From: an uncultured Planctomycetales bacterium
GTDB taxonomy: Bacteria; Omnitrophota; Gorgyraeia; Gygaellales; Profunditerraquicolaceae
DNA: 64,000 nt
Assembly: GCA_964645795.1 (NCBI GenBank)
Contig: CAZYCL010000001.1
Coordinates: 95,194 to 159,193 of the forward strand
Direction: 5' to 3'
Position numbers and translations under genes: made by a program. The notes under the pieces were generated by a model, which was given only the letters and a program-made list of their open reading frames with translations, made no database searches and had not been told where the DNA came from. Positions 37,369-46,056 of the stretch are shown here, piece by piece (the first letter of the stretch is position 1; each line of letters begins with the position of its first letter).

Positions 37369-38091
37369 CTAAATTATCATCCCCCCTTTTCTTTTTTTCA
37401 TTATTAATCCAGCTATCTCTAAATCGAAATAATTATCTATGTCCCAGGCAGCCAGATCTCCGGTCGTAAAACCGATAACTTTATGCCCTTTAAAGTAGTG
37501 CGAAACAATGAACGGGTCTGAGCCATAAAGCAGGCTTGTCTTCAGGATTATCAACCCGGAATCGATGTAAAAAACAGGAGGCAGGCGCTGGCTGCGGAAA
37601 GTTGAGATTTTTTTTGCATAGAGATTAAACCTGCGGTTTTTTGCCAGAATAACCAGGCGCTCGGGGTGAAACCGCTCAACGGGGGAAACCGTTACCAGAG
37701 CATCCGCCCTGCAGGAAATCATCTTTTTTATTGCCGAATCTATGAGCCCTTTTTCACGAAAAGGAACATTTGCATATAAGAGCGCAATCGCATCCGGCCG
37801 GTAACCGTCTTTTTCCTTCAGGTATTCTACGGCATGCCTTAACGGCTCCTCTATGGGGGAATAATCGGTTGCGTACCGGCTGGGCCGCTTGATTGCCTCC
37901 AAACCGCGGGCCCTGACAAGCTTAAAGATCCGCTCGGAGTCTGTAGAGCACACTACCCTGTCCAAAAGCCGTGACTGCCTGGCTGCATCTATGGTATAAC
38001 TTATCAAAGGCCTGCCTCGGAAAATAAGTATATTCTTATTGCGCACTCTCTTGCTGTTTCCTCTGGCTGTAATTATCCCTAGTATTTTCAT
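37369..38091 (-). CDS. neuA: Acylneuraminate cytidylyltransferase (CMP-nonulosonate synthetase, NeuA/LegF/PseF family)
   Basis: MKILGIITARGNSKRVRNKNI...STDSERI matches the CMP-NeuAc synthetase N-terminus. Confidence 0.85.
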   Translation of the reverse strand: MKILGIITARGNSKRVRNKNILIFRGRPLISYTIDAARQSRLLDRVVCSTDSERIFKLVRARGLEAIKRPSRYATDYSPIEEPLRHAVEYLKEKDGYRPDAIALLYANVPFREKGLIDSAIKKMISCRADALVTVSPVERFHPERLVILAKNRRFNLYAKKISTFRSQRLPPVFYIDSGLIILKTSLLYGSDPFIVSHYFKGHKVIGFTTGDLAAWDIDNYFDLEIAGLIMKKRKGGMII

Positions 38092-38268
38092 CTTTGGAAA
38101 AAAATTTGCGGTTTAACGCCTGTGTTAAGCATGGATACCCCTATCCTGCGCCATGACGCACATGGTCACCGGGCCCCATCAGCGCTTGGCTATTAATTAA
38201 CATTTTTGGCTTTTTTAGAGCCATTGTGATAAAACGGCAGGTAATGCAGGCAACCAGACGGCACAGGG

Positions 38269-38763
38269 TCATATTTTACGGTTGAGATGACGATAGAAGT
38301 TCCCTTTTGACTCCTTGAGATGTCCTTTTGTATCATAGACGGCATCATCGGGATTGCTGGCTAAGGCGTTGACGTAATTGTTGATAAAACCGAGGCCGTG
38401 CTGAATAAGGGCGCTGTTTATCTGCTGCTTGCTTTTTATCATCTCCAACACAACTTTTAGCTCCTTGCGCAGCTGAATAAAACGGGGTTCAGACCATATC
38501 TTGGCGAGCATGGAAAGCGTCACGTCCTTGGCATTCATATTAAGTATCCCCGCAATATTCATGACAAGCTGCTGCCGCAGGTCTTCTCTCCTGCGTATAT
38601 CCTCAATCAATGCTTCTTTCTTCTTGATTGTTTTATTAAGGGTGCCCGGATCTTTTGATATGTTGTCTTTTTCTTCTTCAAGAAGTGAAAGCATCTGCTT
38701 GTGCAGCAGGAGCTCGTTCTCCAAGACTACGATCAACTCCTTTTTAATCTTCTCCTGTACCAT
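38269..38763 (-). CDS. flgN: FlgN-like flagellar export chaperone (tentative)
   Basis: 164-aa all-helical protein with a Leu-rich N-terminus (LIVVLENELLLHKQMLSLLEEE). Sits after flgJ, where Bacillus-type late operons carry flgN. Confidence 0.4.
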   Translation of the reverse strand: MVQEKIKKELIVVLENELLLHKQMLSLLEEEKDNISKDPGTLNKTIKKKEALIEDIRRREDLRQQLVMNIAGILNMNAKDVTLSMLAKIWSEPRFIQLRKELKVVLEMIKSKQQINSALIQHGLGFINNYVNALASNPDDAVYDTKGHLKESKGNFYRHLNRKI

Positions 38764-38765
38764 TT

Positions 38766-39170
38766 CTATCCTTTCTTATCCACGGTGATATCGGCCTTGT
38801 TGAGAAGCGAATCCTTGATCTGTCTGTAGAGCGTAGCGCCCAGGCCCATACCCTTTGATTGGGCGATCTTGTCCGCTATCTTCTCGTCGAACATGTCCTG
38901 GTAGAACTCCTGCGCGCGAGACTCCTCAAGGATCCCCTCATCCTTGGGAATGCTGGTCCTCATTTGCTTTAGCAGGTAATATAGAAAGAAGGATTCGAAA
39001 TCCTTGCAGGCCTTTTGGAGCCTGGCGTCCTCCTCGGGGCTCAGCGCGCTTTTTGCCTTGGACAACTTGTCAAAGGTCGCTTTTTGCTCGCCGTTAATAA
39101 GGACCCCCTTGTTCTGGACGCTCCAGATATCTTTAGCCTGATTATCAGCTGCTATTTTCTTAAGTTGCAT
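38766..39170 (-). CDS. flgJ: Rod-binding protein, FlgJ N-terminal-domain type (no muramidase domain)
   Basis: FESFFLYYLLKQMRTSIPKD...QEFYQDMFDEKIADKIAQSKGMGLG is the rod-binding domain signature. Only 134 aa. Confidence 0.7.
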   Translation of the reverse strand: MQLKKIAADNQAKDIWSVQNKGVLINGEQKATFDKLSKAKSALSPEEDARLQKACKDFESFFLYYLLKQMRTSIPKDEGILEESRAQEFYQDMFDEKIADKIAQSKGMGLGATLYRQIKDSLLNKADITVDKKG

Positions 39171-39180
39171 GGCCTCTCCT

Positions 39181-40317
39181 TTAAATAACCTCTATTTCTG
39201 CCTGCAACGCCCCTGCTTCTTTGATCGCCTGTAGTATCGCGATAAGGTCTTTGGGGGGCACACCGAGAGCGTTGAGCGCCTTTACCAGCTCATTGATATC
39301 CGCCCCCTCGTCAAGGACCAACATCTGAGACAAGCCGTCTTTTACCGTTCCTTCGCCGTCAACGCGGGTAACAATGCTGTTGGATATAAGTTCGCCCTTC
39401 GGCGGATAGGCTGCTGACTGAACGGTCGAAACCGTATTCTCGAACTTGTTCTGGACGGTCACTGAAATATTACCGTGGGTAACCGCAACTGTAGAGATGC
39501 GCACGTCCCTGCCTACAACGACCGTACCGGTCCTCTCATTGATGACGACCTTGGCCGTTGTGTCAGGGTTAACCGGCAGAGACTCGATTTGAGCTATAAG
39601 CTTGACAAGATTGTTTTTGTAATCGTCGGGTATCTCCACCCTGATCGTGCCCGCGTCGGTAGCCTTGGCAAGCTGCGAATTCAACGATGCGTTGATCACC
39701 TGAATTATCCTGTCGGCTGTGGAAAAATCAGGATTATTGAGTATGATCGAAACGGCGCCGTTTCTTACGATAGTCGAAGGTACGTCTTTCTCCACCAGCG
39801 CACCGTTTGGTATGCGCGCGACGTTCAAGGGGCCGGTATTTGTAGTCCTTGTACCGGCACTAAGGCCAACTGAAACCTGGCCCTGGGCCACGGCATAGAC
39901 ATTGCCGTCGGCCGCAAAGAGCGGCGCCTGCACAAGCACTCCGTTGGCAAGGCTTGTAGCATCGTTGATGGAAGATATGGTAACGCTTATGCGCGTGCCC
40001 GGCCTGGCGTAAGCCGGAAGGTCGGCGGTTACGATGACCGCGGCGACGTTCCTGCTTTTTATCTGGGTAGTCACCTGGTCGGCAGGTATGTTTATGCCCA
40101 GCCTTCTAAGCATATTGCCGATACTCTGCGCCGTATAGGTGCTTTGTTTGTCACCCGTGCCGTTTAAGCCGATGACAAGCCCGTAGCCGTAGAGCTGGTT
40201 GCTCCTTACCCCATCGATGCGAGCGATATCCTTGATGCGCGTAGCCGCATCCGCACACGCCAAACCCAAACACAAATAACCCGTAATCAATAAGAACGCT
40301 GCTGATATTCTTTTCAT
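39181..40317 (-). CDS. flgI: Flagellar P-ring protein FlgI
   Basis: Signal peptide followed by IKDIARIDGVRSNQLYGYGLVIGLNGTGD. Start set at MKRISAAF (ATG 40315-40317, GAGGTG RBS). Confidence 0.9.
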   Translation of the reverse strand: MKRISAAFLLITGYLCLGLACADAATRIKDIARIDGVRSNQLYGYGLVIGLNGTGDKQSTYTAQSIGNMLRRLGINIPADQVTTQIKSRNVAAVIVTADLPAYARPGTRISVTISSINDATSLANGVLVQAPLFAADGNVYAVAQGQVSVGLSAGTRTTNTGPLNVARIPNGALVEKDVPSTIVRNGAVSIILNNPDFSTADRIIQVINASLNSQLAKATDAGTIRVEIPDDYKNNLVKLIAQIESLPVNPDTTAKVVINERTGTVVVGRDVRISTVAVTHGNISVTVQNKFENTVSTVQSAAYPPKGELISNSIVTRVDGEGTVKDGLSQMLVLDEGADINELVKALNALGVPPKDLIAILQAIKEAGALQAEIEVI

Positions 40318-40337
40318 CTTAACCCACCTCTGCTTTT

Positions 40338-40976
40338 TTAAAACGGCCAAATCCAATCAAGGATCCTTTCGAATACGCCGCGTTTAGTCTTGTCCGCCAG
40401 CGGCCCCTTGCCTATGAGCCTTACCTTTGCATCCGCTAACTGCGTTGAAAGCACGGTATTGTTCGGGCCGATGTCCTGAGGCCGCACAATGCCGGATATA
40501 GCCACGGTGTTTCTTTCGGCGTTCACCATAACTTCGCTTGAGCCCTCGACGACCAGGCTTTTATTGGGAAGCACCTCGATGACCTTAGTAGTGATCTGGG
40601 CGCGTATATTATAGGCGCCGGTATAGGTGCCGCCGCCGCTGAATTTAGACGCGCCTTCTACTTCGTAAATAGGCAGATTTGTGGTCCTGTCGATCTTGGT
40701 ACGCAAGCCATGATAAAATTCAGGCTGAGTCCAGTTCTTTACCTCAAGGTTTATGCTTGACTGGCGATCACGGGAGCTGGTGGCCTTTTGGCTGACGGAG
40801 GAGCTTTCCACTATCAAAACGGTGATGATGTCGCCGATCTTGTTGGCGCGATGATCGCTGGATAGCGCATCAGGCGTGCCCCCCTCCTCGTTGGTCCAGA
40901 GCGAATCACAGAGCCCCGCGGTGTTCATCGTTACAACAATAACAGCGCTCAAGGCAATCCTCAGTAAGGTATTCAT
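40338..40976 (-). CDS. flgH: Flagellar L-ring lipoprotein FlgH
   Basis: Lipoprotein signal MNTLLRIALSAVIVVTMNTAGLC. FlgH core (LPNKSLVVEGSSEVMVNAERNTVAISGIVRPQDI). GGGGAG RBS before ATG 40974-40976. Confidence 0.85.
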   Translation of the reverse strand: MNTLLRIALSAVIVVTMNTAGLCDSLWTNEEGGTPDALSSDHRANKIGDIITVLIVESSSVSQKATSSRDRQSSINLEVKNWTQPEFYHGLRTKIDRTTNLPIYEVEGASKFSGGGTYTGAYNIRAQITTKVIEVLPNKSLVVEGSSEVMVNAERNTVAISGIVRPQDIGPNNTVLSTQLADAKVRLIGKGPLADKTKRGVFERILDWIWPF

Positions 40977-41015
40977 TTTATTCTCCCCGTATGGATAATA
41001 TAGCAAAATATCGCA

Positions 41016-41729
41016 TTATCTGCCGGTCTCAACCGCTACCGTTGCCGCATCGACCACTTTGCCGTAAATGTCTTTCTTGGAATCCAATAATCTAAGCTTA
41101 ATGACCTCGTCTTTTCTGCCGTCCATAAGAGCTACGCCCTTGGCGCTTATCTGTATATTCTTGCTTTCCATGATAACGTTTACCGGATCCCTACTTCTGA
41201 CAAGCGGAGGCAGCTCGATGCCGGAGCCGGTAATGATCCTGCCTTTGGCAATTGCGGCCTTGGCTACCTTTCCCGCAAGATCCTCATCGACAGAAAGCGC
41301 GTTCATCGGTATCTTGGAGCGGTACGTATCTACGATGTTGACGTTATCCGGACCCAGATACTCATAACGCTTGATCCAGCGGCTTGCCATATAAGCCTTG
41401 GTCTTGATATCTATTTCAAGATAAACTATAAAACTCTTGTATACCTTCTCATCCAGCAAAATATATACTTCCAATGTCGTAAATCCTAGAAATTTGGCGT
41501 TTGCCCCGGATTTTATCTCAATAGCTGCCCTGCCGGAGGGGATCTTTTCGTCTGCCAGGGGCGTCTTGTATTCGATCAGCAGGTCATTCTGGGCGCAGCC
41601 GGCGTTTTTGGCCACGTAATCGATTATCTCCTGCTGGATTACCCCTGCGGGAATAACCTGAGATTCCTCGGCAAGCACTACAGCAGCCATGATCAATATT
41701 AAAGTGATCAGAATAAATATTTTTTTCAT
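41016..41729 (-). CDS. flgA: Flagellar P-ring assembly chaperone FlgA
   Basis: Signal peptide. C-terminal SAF-like domain (GRIITGSGIELP...VALMDGRKDEVIKLRLLDSKKDIYGKVVD). Positioned before flgH-flgI. Confidence 0.7.
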   Translation of the reverse strand: MKKIFILITLILIMAAVVLAEESQVIPAGVIQQEIIDYVAKNAGCAQNDLLIEYKTPLADEKIPSGRAAIEIKSGANAKFLGFTTLEVYILLDEKVYKSFIVYLEIDIKTKAYMASRWIKRYEYLGPDNVNIVDTYRSKIPMNALSVDEDLAGKVAKAAIAKGRIITGSGIELPPLVRSRDPVNVIMESKNIQISAKGVALMDGRKDEVIKLRLLDSKKDIYGKVVDAATVAVETGR

Positions 41730-41783
41730 ATAAAGCCTCCCCCGGCCGCGATTATGGCAGCCGGAAGGTTTTGAGCCGATCTT

Positions 41784-42578
41784 TTACCTGCTCAGATTAT
41801 TGGCGATCGCCAGCATATCGTCGGCGGTTCGCACGGCCTTGGAGTTTACCTCATAGGCGCGCTGAGCAATGATCATCCGCACCATTTCCTCTACCACCTT
41901 TACGTTCGACATTTCCAGAAAACCCTGCATGATCGCTCCATACCCTTCGGAGCTGGGTATGCCGGCTACAGGCTGGCCTGAGGCCGCGGATTCAAGAAAC
42001 AGATTCTTGCCGTAGCTTAAGAGCCCCGCGGGATTGACGAACTTGACAAGCTCAATCTGTCCGAGCTCTTCAGGGGTAGTTGTGCCAGGCCTTAGCACCG
42101 ACACGACCCCCTCGGCGCTGATGTTAATGCTTATGGAATCCTGGGGAACCGTCATCTCCGGAAGCAGGTAATAACCGTCGGCGGTGACGATGTTTCCGTC
42201 AGAGTCGATCTTAAACGAACCGTCCCTGGTGTAAGCGGTAGTGCCGTCGGCAAGCGTGATCTGAAAAAACCCATCTCCTGAGATAGCCAGGTCCAATGGA
42301 TTCTCGGTCTCGGTAAAGCCCTCGACTGAAAAAATCTTGCCTATTGCCGCCGGTTTTACGCCCAGGCCTATCTGCTGGCCTACGGGAAGCTGGATCTCGC
42401 CGCCGCTGGTGACCGGAGTGCCGGGCGCCTGCAGCACCTGATAAAAGAGATCCTGAAAATCGACGCGTGATTTCTTGAAACCCGTGGTGTTTACGTTTGC
42501 CAGGTTGTTAGAGATTACGTCGAGGTTTACCTGCTGGCCGTACATGCCCGATGAAGCTGTCCACAATGCGCGCATCAT
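41784..42578 (-). CDS. flgG: Flagellar distal rod protein FlgG
   Basis: MMRALWTASSGMYGQQVNLDVISNNLANVNTTGFKK ... AQRAYEVNSKAVRTADDML. Confidence 0.9.
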   Translation of the reverse strand: MMRALWTASSGMYGQQVNLDVISNNLANVNTTGFKKSRVDFQDLFYQVLQAPGTPVTSGGEIQLPVGQQIGLGVKPAAIGKIFSVEGFTETENPLDLAISGDGFFQITLADGTTAYTRDGSFKIDSDGNIVTADGYYLLPEMTVPQDSISINISAEGVVSVLRPGTTTPEELGQIELVKFVNPAGLLSYGKNLFLESAASGQPVAGIPSSEGYGAIMQGFLEMSNVKVVEEMVRMIIAQRAYEVNSKAVRTADDMLAIANNLSR

Positions 42579-42601
42579 AAGAAAACCACCTCCTTAGTTT
42601 G

Positions 42602-43357
42602 TTAAGCCCTTGATTCGCTTATCAGTTTTTGTAATGCTGTGTCCTGAGAAACAATAGCCTTTTGGTTTGCCTCATAGAGCCTGAGTCCCGAGATCATATT
42701 TACCATCTCCGAAACCACGTTTACATTAGAGCTCTCCAGGCACCCCTGGACTATCTTGGCATTATCCACATCTACTACTGCGGCGTCCGCCTGTAGCGCA
42801 AAAAGATTTTTGCCGACCTTGACAAATGAACCGGGCTGAGTGCCGTCTACGACCCGCAATTTGTTTACCAGGTTTCCGTCGGCAACTACCGTGCCGTCGG
42901 CGTTAAAGACGATATCCGTTACATTCGCCAGGTTAATTATCCCCTGCGTTCCGACGACGTTATAACCGTCTCTGGTCACCAGGTCCCCGTTTACGGCAAT
43001 AGTAAAACTTCCGTCACGGGTATACATATCCCCCTGCGGGGTCTGGACCACGAAGAACCCTTCGCCACCCAAAGCAACGTCAAGCTTGTTCTCGGTAGCC
43101 TTCAGGGCCCCCTGGCTTAAGTCCGTATAGACACCGTCGATATTGCAGCCGGTACCGAGGCTGCCAAGGGTCACATCCATGCCCCTGTCACTATTATCCC
43201 CGACGCGATTTAACAGGAGCTTCTGGAAAGACTTAGTGACGGTCAGGTCTTTTTTGTATCCGGTCGTATCGGCATTGGCAAGGTTGTTGCTGATGACCTC
43301 CTGATTGGTAAGCTGGGTCATCATGCCTGAAGCCGAAGTATAGAGTCCGCGTATCAC
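42602..43357 (-). CDS. flgF: Flagellar rod protein FlgF/FlgG paralog
   Basis: IRGLYTSASGMMTQLTNQEVISNNLANADTTGYKKD. Probable GTG start at 43355-43357; the upstream part of the track ORF would overlap fliM. Confidence 0.8.
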   Translation of the reverse strand: MIRGLYTSASGMMTQLTNQEVISNNLANADTTGYKKDLTVTKSFQKLLLNRVGDNSDRGMDVTLGSLGTGCNIDGVYTDLSQGALKATENKLDVALGGEGFFVVQTPQGDMYTRDGSFTIAVNGDLVTRDGYNVVGTQGIINLANVTDIVFNADGTVVADGNLVNKLRVVDGTQPGSFVKVGKNLFALQADAAVVDVDNAKIVQGCLESSNVNVVSEMVNMISGLRLYEANQKAIVSQDTALQKLISESRA

Positions 43358-43377
43358 CTGCCACCTCCTTTCAAAGA

Positions 43378-44334
43378 TTATCTTTCGTCGTATAGAGATT
43401 CGATCTTTACTGCCACCCTTTTGCCGCACAAACCCGGCTTGCCGAAGAACTTGCTTAAGCCTCCGATCTGCACTTCAAGAAGACCTTCCTTGGGTTTATC
43501 CAACCTGATATAATCCCCTGCTTGCAGCTTAAGCAGGTCTTTAAGCGTCAGCTCGCAATCCCCGAGCTTGCCTACGATTGTAAGTTTGGTGTTGCCCAGA
43601 TGGGTCTTTATCAGTCCGCCTAGCTCTATCTCGGATTTCTTCTGCGCATACATAAACCACTTCTTGATGTCCAGATGCTCGGTAAGCGACTCCAGGGTCA
43701 GATACGGCAGGCAGATCACCGCCTCCCCTGCCACGTTCTTGATCTTAATCTCGAGGTTGATGAAGAGCGCGGCCTCATTGGGAGATGCCAGCACCACAAA
43801 CTGGGGGTTTGAGTCGGTAGATTCGATACGCGGCTCAAACTGTATCGTTTTCTCAAACGACTCCTTCAGGCACGATAGGATCCTGCCGGCAAACACCGTG
43901 GCGGTCTCGGTCTCTATCTGGGAAAGCTCCCGGTTCTCGGGCTTTGCGGCGTTTTCTCCACCCAGAAGCTGCTCCATTAGATAGACAAGAAATCCCGTCT
44001 CGATGACAATTGCTGAAGTCCCGTCCAGCGGTTTTACCGTAAATATGCCGATGTAAGAAGGATAGTGCATTGAAAGAAACTCCTTGAACACCGACTGCCG
44101 TATAGAGCTGATATTGACCTCGATATCCAGTCGCAGGTGCTGCGAGAGCCGTTTCCTGAGCCTGTGGCAGAAATCCTCCATCAGCATCTGGAAGACCCTC
44201 AGATGCTCCTTGGATAGCCTCTCGGGCGCGTGAAAGTCGTAGGGCCGGACAATTTTCCCTTTCAGGTCCAAATTCTTCTCGGCCTCACCCTTAAGCAAAG
44301 CCTCCATCTCTTCTTTTGAAAGTATGTCGCTCAT
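43378..44334 (-). CDS. fliM: Flagellar motor switch protein FliM
   Basis: MSDILSKEEMEALLKG N-terminus (CheY-P-binding-like) plus the FliM middle domain. 318 aa. Confidence 0.85.
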   Translation of the reverse strand: MSDILSKEEMEALLKGEAEKNLDLKGKIVRPYDFHAPERLSKEHLRVFQMLMEDFCHRLRKRLSQHLRLDIEVNISSIRQSVFKEFLSMHYPSYIGIFTVKPLDGTSAIVIETGFLVYLMEQLLGGENAAKPENRELSQIETETATVFAGRILSCLKESFEKTIQFEPRIESTDSNPQFVVLASPNEAALFINLEIKIKNVAGEAVICLPYLTLESLTEHLDIKKWFMYAQKKSEIELGGLIKTHLGNTKLTIVGKLGDCELTLKDLLKLQAGDYIRLDKPKEGLLEVQIGGLSKFFGKPGLCGKRVAVKIESLYDER

Positions 44335-44336
44335 TT

Positions 44337-44639
44337 CTAACCTCCGGATTTTCTCCTAAAATGCGCATCTACGGAATATACCCAGGCCATGACCTCGGCC
44401 ACGAGTTGATACAGGCTTTCAGGGATAGCCTTATCAAGCGAAACCTCATAAAGCATTGCCATAAGATGCGAGTCGGCGTAGATCGGGACATCGCTTTGTT
44501 GGGCTACCTCTATTATCTTTTTCGCCAGGTTTCCCCTGCCTTTAGCGGTTACCCTTGGAGCCGCATCCGTTCCGGCATCGTACCTCAGCGCTACGGCGGC
44601 ATCGGGATCGGAACTTGTCTTCTTCTTGGTTATGATCAT
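44337..44639 (-). CDS. Stand-alone FlhB C-terminal-domain homolog (EscU/YscU family, FhlB-domain protein)
   Basis: 100 aa. ...AKKIIEVAQQSDVPIYADSHLMAMLYEV...LYQLVAEVMAWVY matches the FlhB C-terminus after the NPTH site. Confidence 0.8.
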   Translation of the reverse strand: MIITKKKTSSDPDAAVALRYDAGTDAAPRVTAKGRGNLAKKIIEVAQQSDVPIYADSHLMAMLYEVSLDKAIPESLYQLVAEVMAWVYSVDAHFRRKSGG

Positions 44640-45559
44640 GCCTTTATCTCCAGGCGCGGCAAAAGCGAAGGCAGGTAATCCCCGGCTGCCGCGGTCTTAC
44701 ATTTGAAATCATTCAAAACAAACCTTATGCCTTTAAGACGACTGGCCAGATCAGGCGACCCCCCCTTAATGGCCGCCAGGACGCTCTCATTTTCTACGCT
44801 CAGGCTGCAGGAAACCTGTTTTTTGCGCACCCGGACAAAGACGTTGACCATCCCCAGCGAGTCGGTATCCAAATTAAGATTAAAGCTGAAGGAATCGGTA
44901 TTGAACGCACCCCGCCTGTCGGTTTCGGGATAAACAACCAGCTCCATCTTCCTTTTTTTGCCGTCTTCGGGGTTAAGCGTAAAAGGGAAATATAGAAAAC
45001 TGGTTTTTGCCGAGCTATTGCTTGCCGCTTCACGATTAAAGAAATTAACCGACTCAAGCATCTCCAGGAAGCTAGATATCCTCTCTTTAAGGGCAACAAC
45101 AGTCGCATCTTTATGAGTAAGCTGCATAAAGAGCTCAAGGAGGTTGAGCTTAAGCTCTCCTGCCCCGTTATAAACTTCGATTACGCTCCTTACAAATGAA
45201 ACGGTAATCTCCTTGCTGTTAAGCGAGTTGTTTAAAGACAACAGTGATTTCATCGCGTTATTCAACTGGCTTAAGAGCTGCTTATCGGTTATTTCATTCT
45301 TTGCCGCTGACAGCAGCTCCAGGATGTCGTTTATTTCCTTTAAGAGGAAGAAACCGTTATTATTAAAGTTATCGAGCACGATCCTGAATAAACCGAGCCT
45401 GCGCTCAGACATGGAAGAAACGAGGTAGCTTTCTGCTTCCTTGTGCCCGGAAGCTAAAGCAGGCGCCCTGGCGTTTTCCGGCGTTTGGCCTTCGACCTGC
45501 TGACTGCCTGAAGGCTTATGTTTTACTGACTGAGGTAGGTCCAAATGCCTTATCTGCAT
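44636..45559 (-). CDS. FliK-like protein with a Flg_hook-type C-terminal domain (second copy in the window)
   Basis: The C-terminal block LGMVNVFVRVRKKQVSCSLSVENESVLAAIKGGSPDLASRLKGIRFVL resembles the FliK C-terminal domain. Coupled by a 4-nt overlap to the FlhB-C homolog. Confidence 0.45.
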   Translation of the reverse strand: MQIRHLDLPQSVKHKPSGSQQVEGQTPENARAPALASGHKEAESYLVSSMSERRLGLFRIVLDNFNNNGFFLLKEINDILELLSAAKNEITDKQLLSQLNNAMKSLLSLNNSLNSKEITVSFVRSVIEVYNGAGELKLNLLELFMQLTHKDATVVALKERISSFLEMLESVNFFNREAASNSSAKTSFLYFPFTLNPEDGKKRKMELVVYPETDRRGAFNTDSFSFNLNLDTDSLGMVNVFVRVRKKQVSCSLSVENESVLAAIKGGSPDLASRLKGIRFVLNDFKCKTAAAGDYLPSLLPRLEIKA

Positions 45560-46032
45560 TATCTTGCCCTGTTTAAAATACCCAATCTCAGCTCCACTTC
45601 CCCTACTCCGATGCCAAGGTTCCGGGCGATATCATGTGCCGCCAAACCCTGCTGGTGAAGCTCAAATACCTTGCGAAAGCTGCTCTGGTTCCCTGAGCCA
45701 AAAGCGAATCCGGAAGGTTCTGGCACGGTCTCGGCTGCCCTAGAGAGCTCATCTAAGCGCTCGTCAACCAGCTTTAAGAGCTCGTTAAGACTTGCCTCTC
45801 TTTGGGCCAGCATATCTGATTTTGACTGTATATCGGCAAGCAGCTCGGTGACCGCGGCTTTCAGCGTCTCCGACTGTTTCTGGATATCTTCTTTTATATC
45901 CGCCGGCAGGGCTTCTTCGGACTGGCCGTTGTTATTATTGGCCCTGAAACGGCTCCTGAAGAAGTTTATCATCAGGTAGTTTACCCCCAAGCCTATACCC
46001 GTCAAGAATATAAAAGCCGCTACATATTTCAT
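45559..46032 (-). CDS. Membrane-anchored coiled-coil protein with a C-terminal HTH-like motif
   Basis: N-terminal transmembrane segment (AAFIFLTGIGLGVNYLMI), a coiled coil, and C-terminal LAAHDIARNLGIGVGEVELRL. Confidence 0.4.
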   Translation of the reverse strand: MKYVAAFIFLTGIGLGVNYLMINFFRSRFRANNNNGQSEEALPADIKEDIQKQSETLKAAVTELLADIQSKSDMLAQREASLNELLKLVDERLDELSRAAETVPEPSGFAFGSGNQSSFRKVFELHQQGLAAHDIARNLGIGVGEVELRLGILNRAR

Positions 46033-46056
46033 TTATAAGCCTCCGTTGCCAGTGCC

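Noticed and set aside
14706-38091. Island as a phage-defence or mobile-element insertion
   Set aside because: No integrase, transposase, nuclease, helicase, toxin or flanking direct repeats were seen. The content is coherent sugar biosynthesis and transfer. No obvious compositional break at the borders is visible by eye.
38092-38268. Sigma-28 promoter or terminator between flgN and the island
   Set aside because: No GCCGATAA/TAAA match and no convincing GC-rich hairpin followed by a U-tract. The promoter of the island remains unidentified.
44337-44639. The 100-aa FlhB-like ORF as a pseudogene fragment of flhB
   Set aside because: A full-length flhB exists at 54447-55514. Stand-alone FlhB C-terminal-domain proteins are a recognised family, and this one is translationally coupled to its neighbours.
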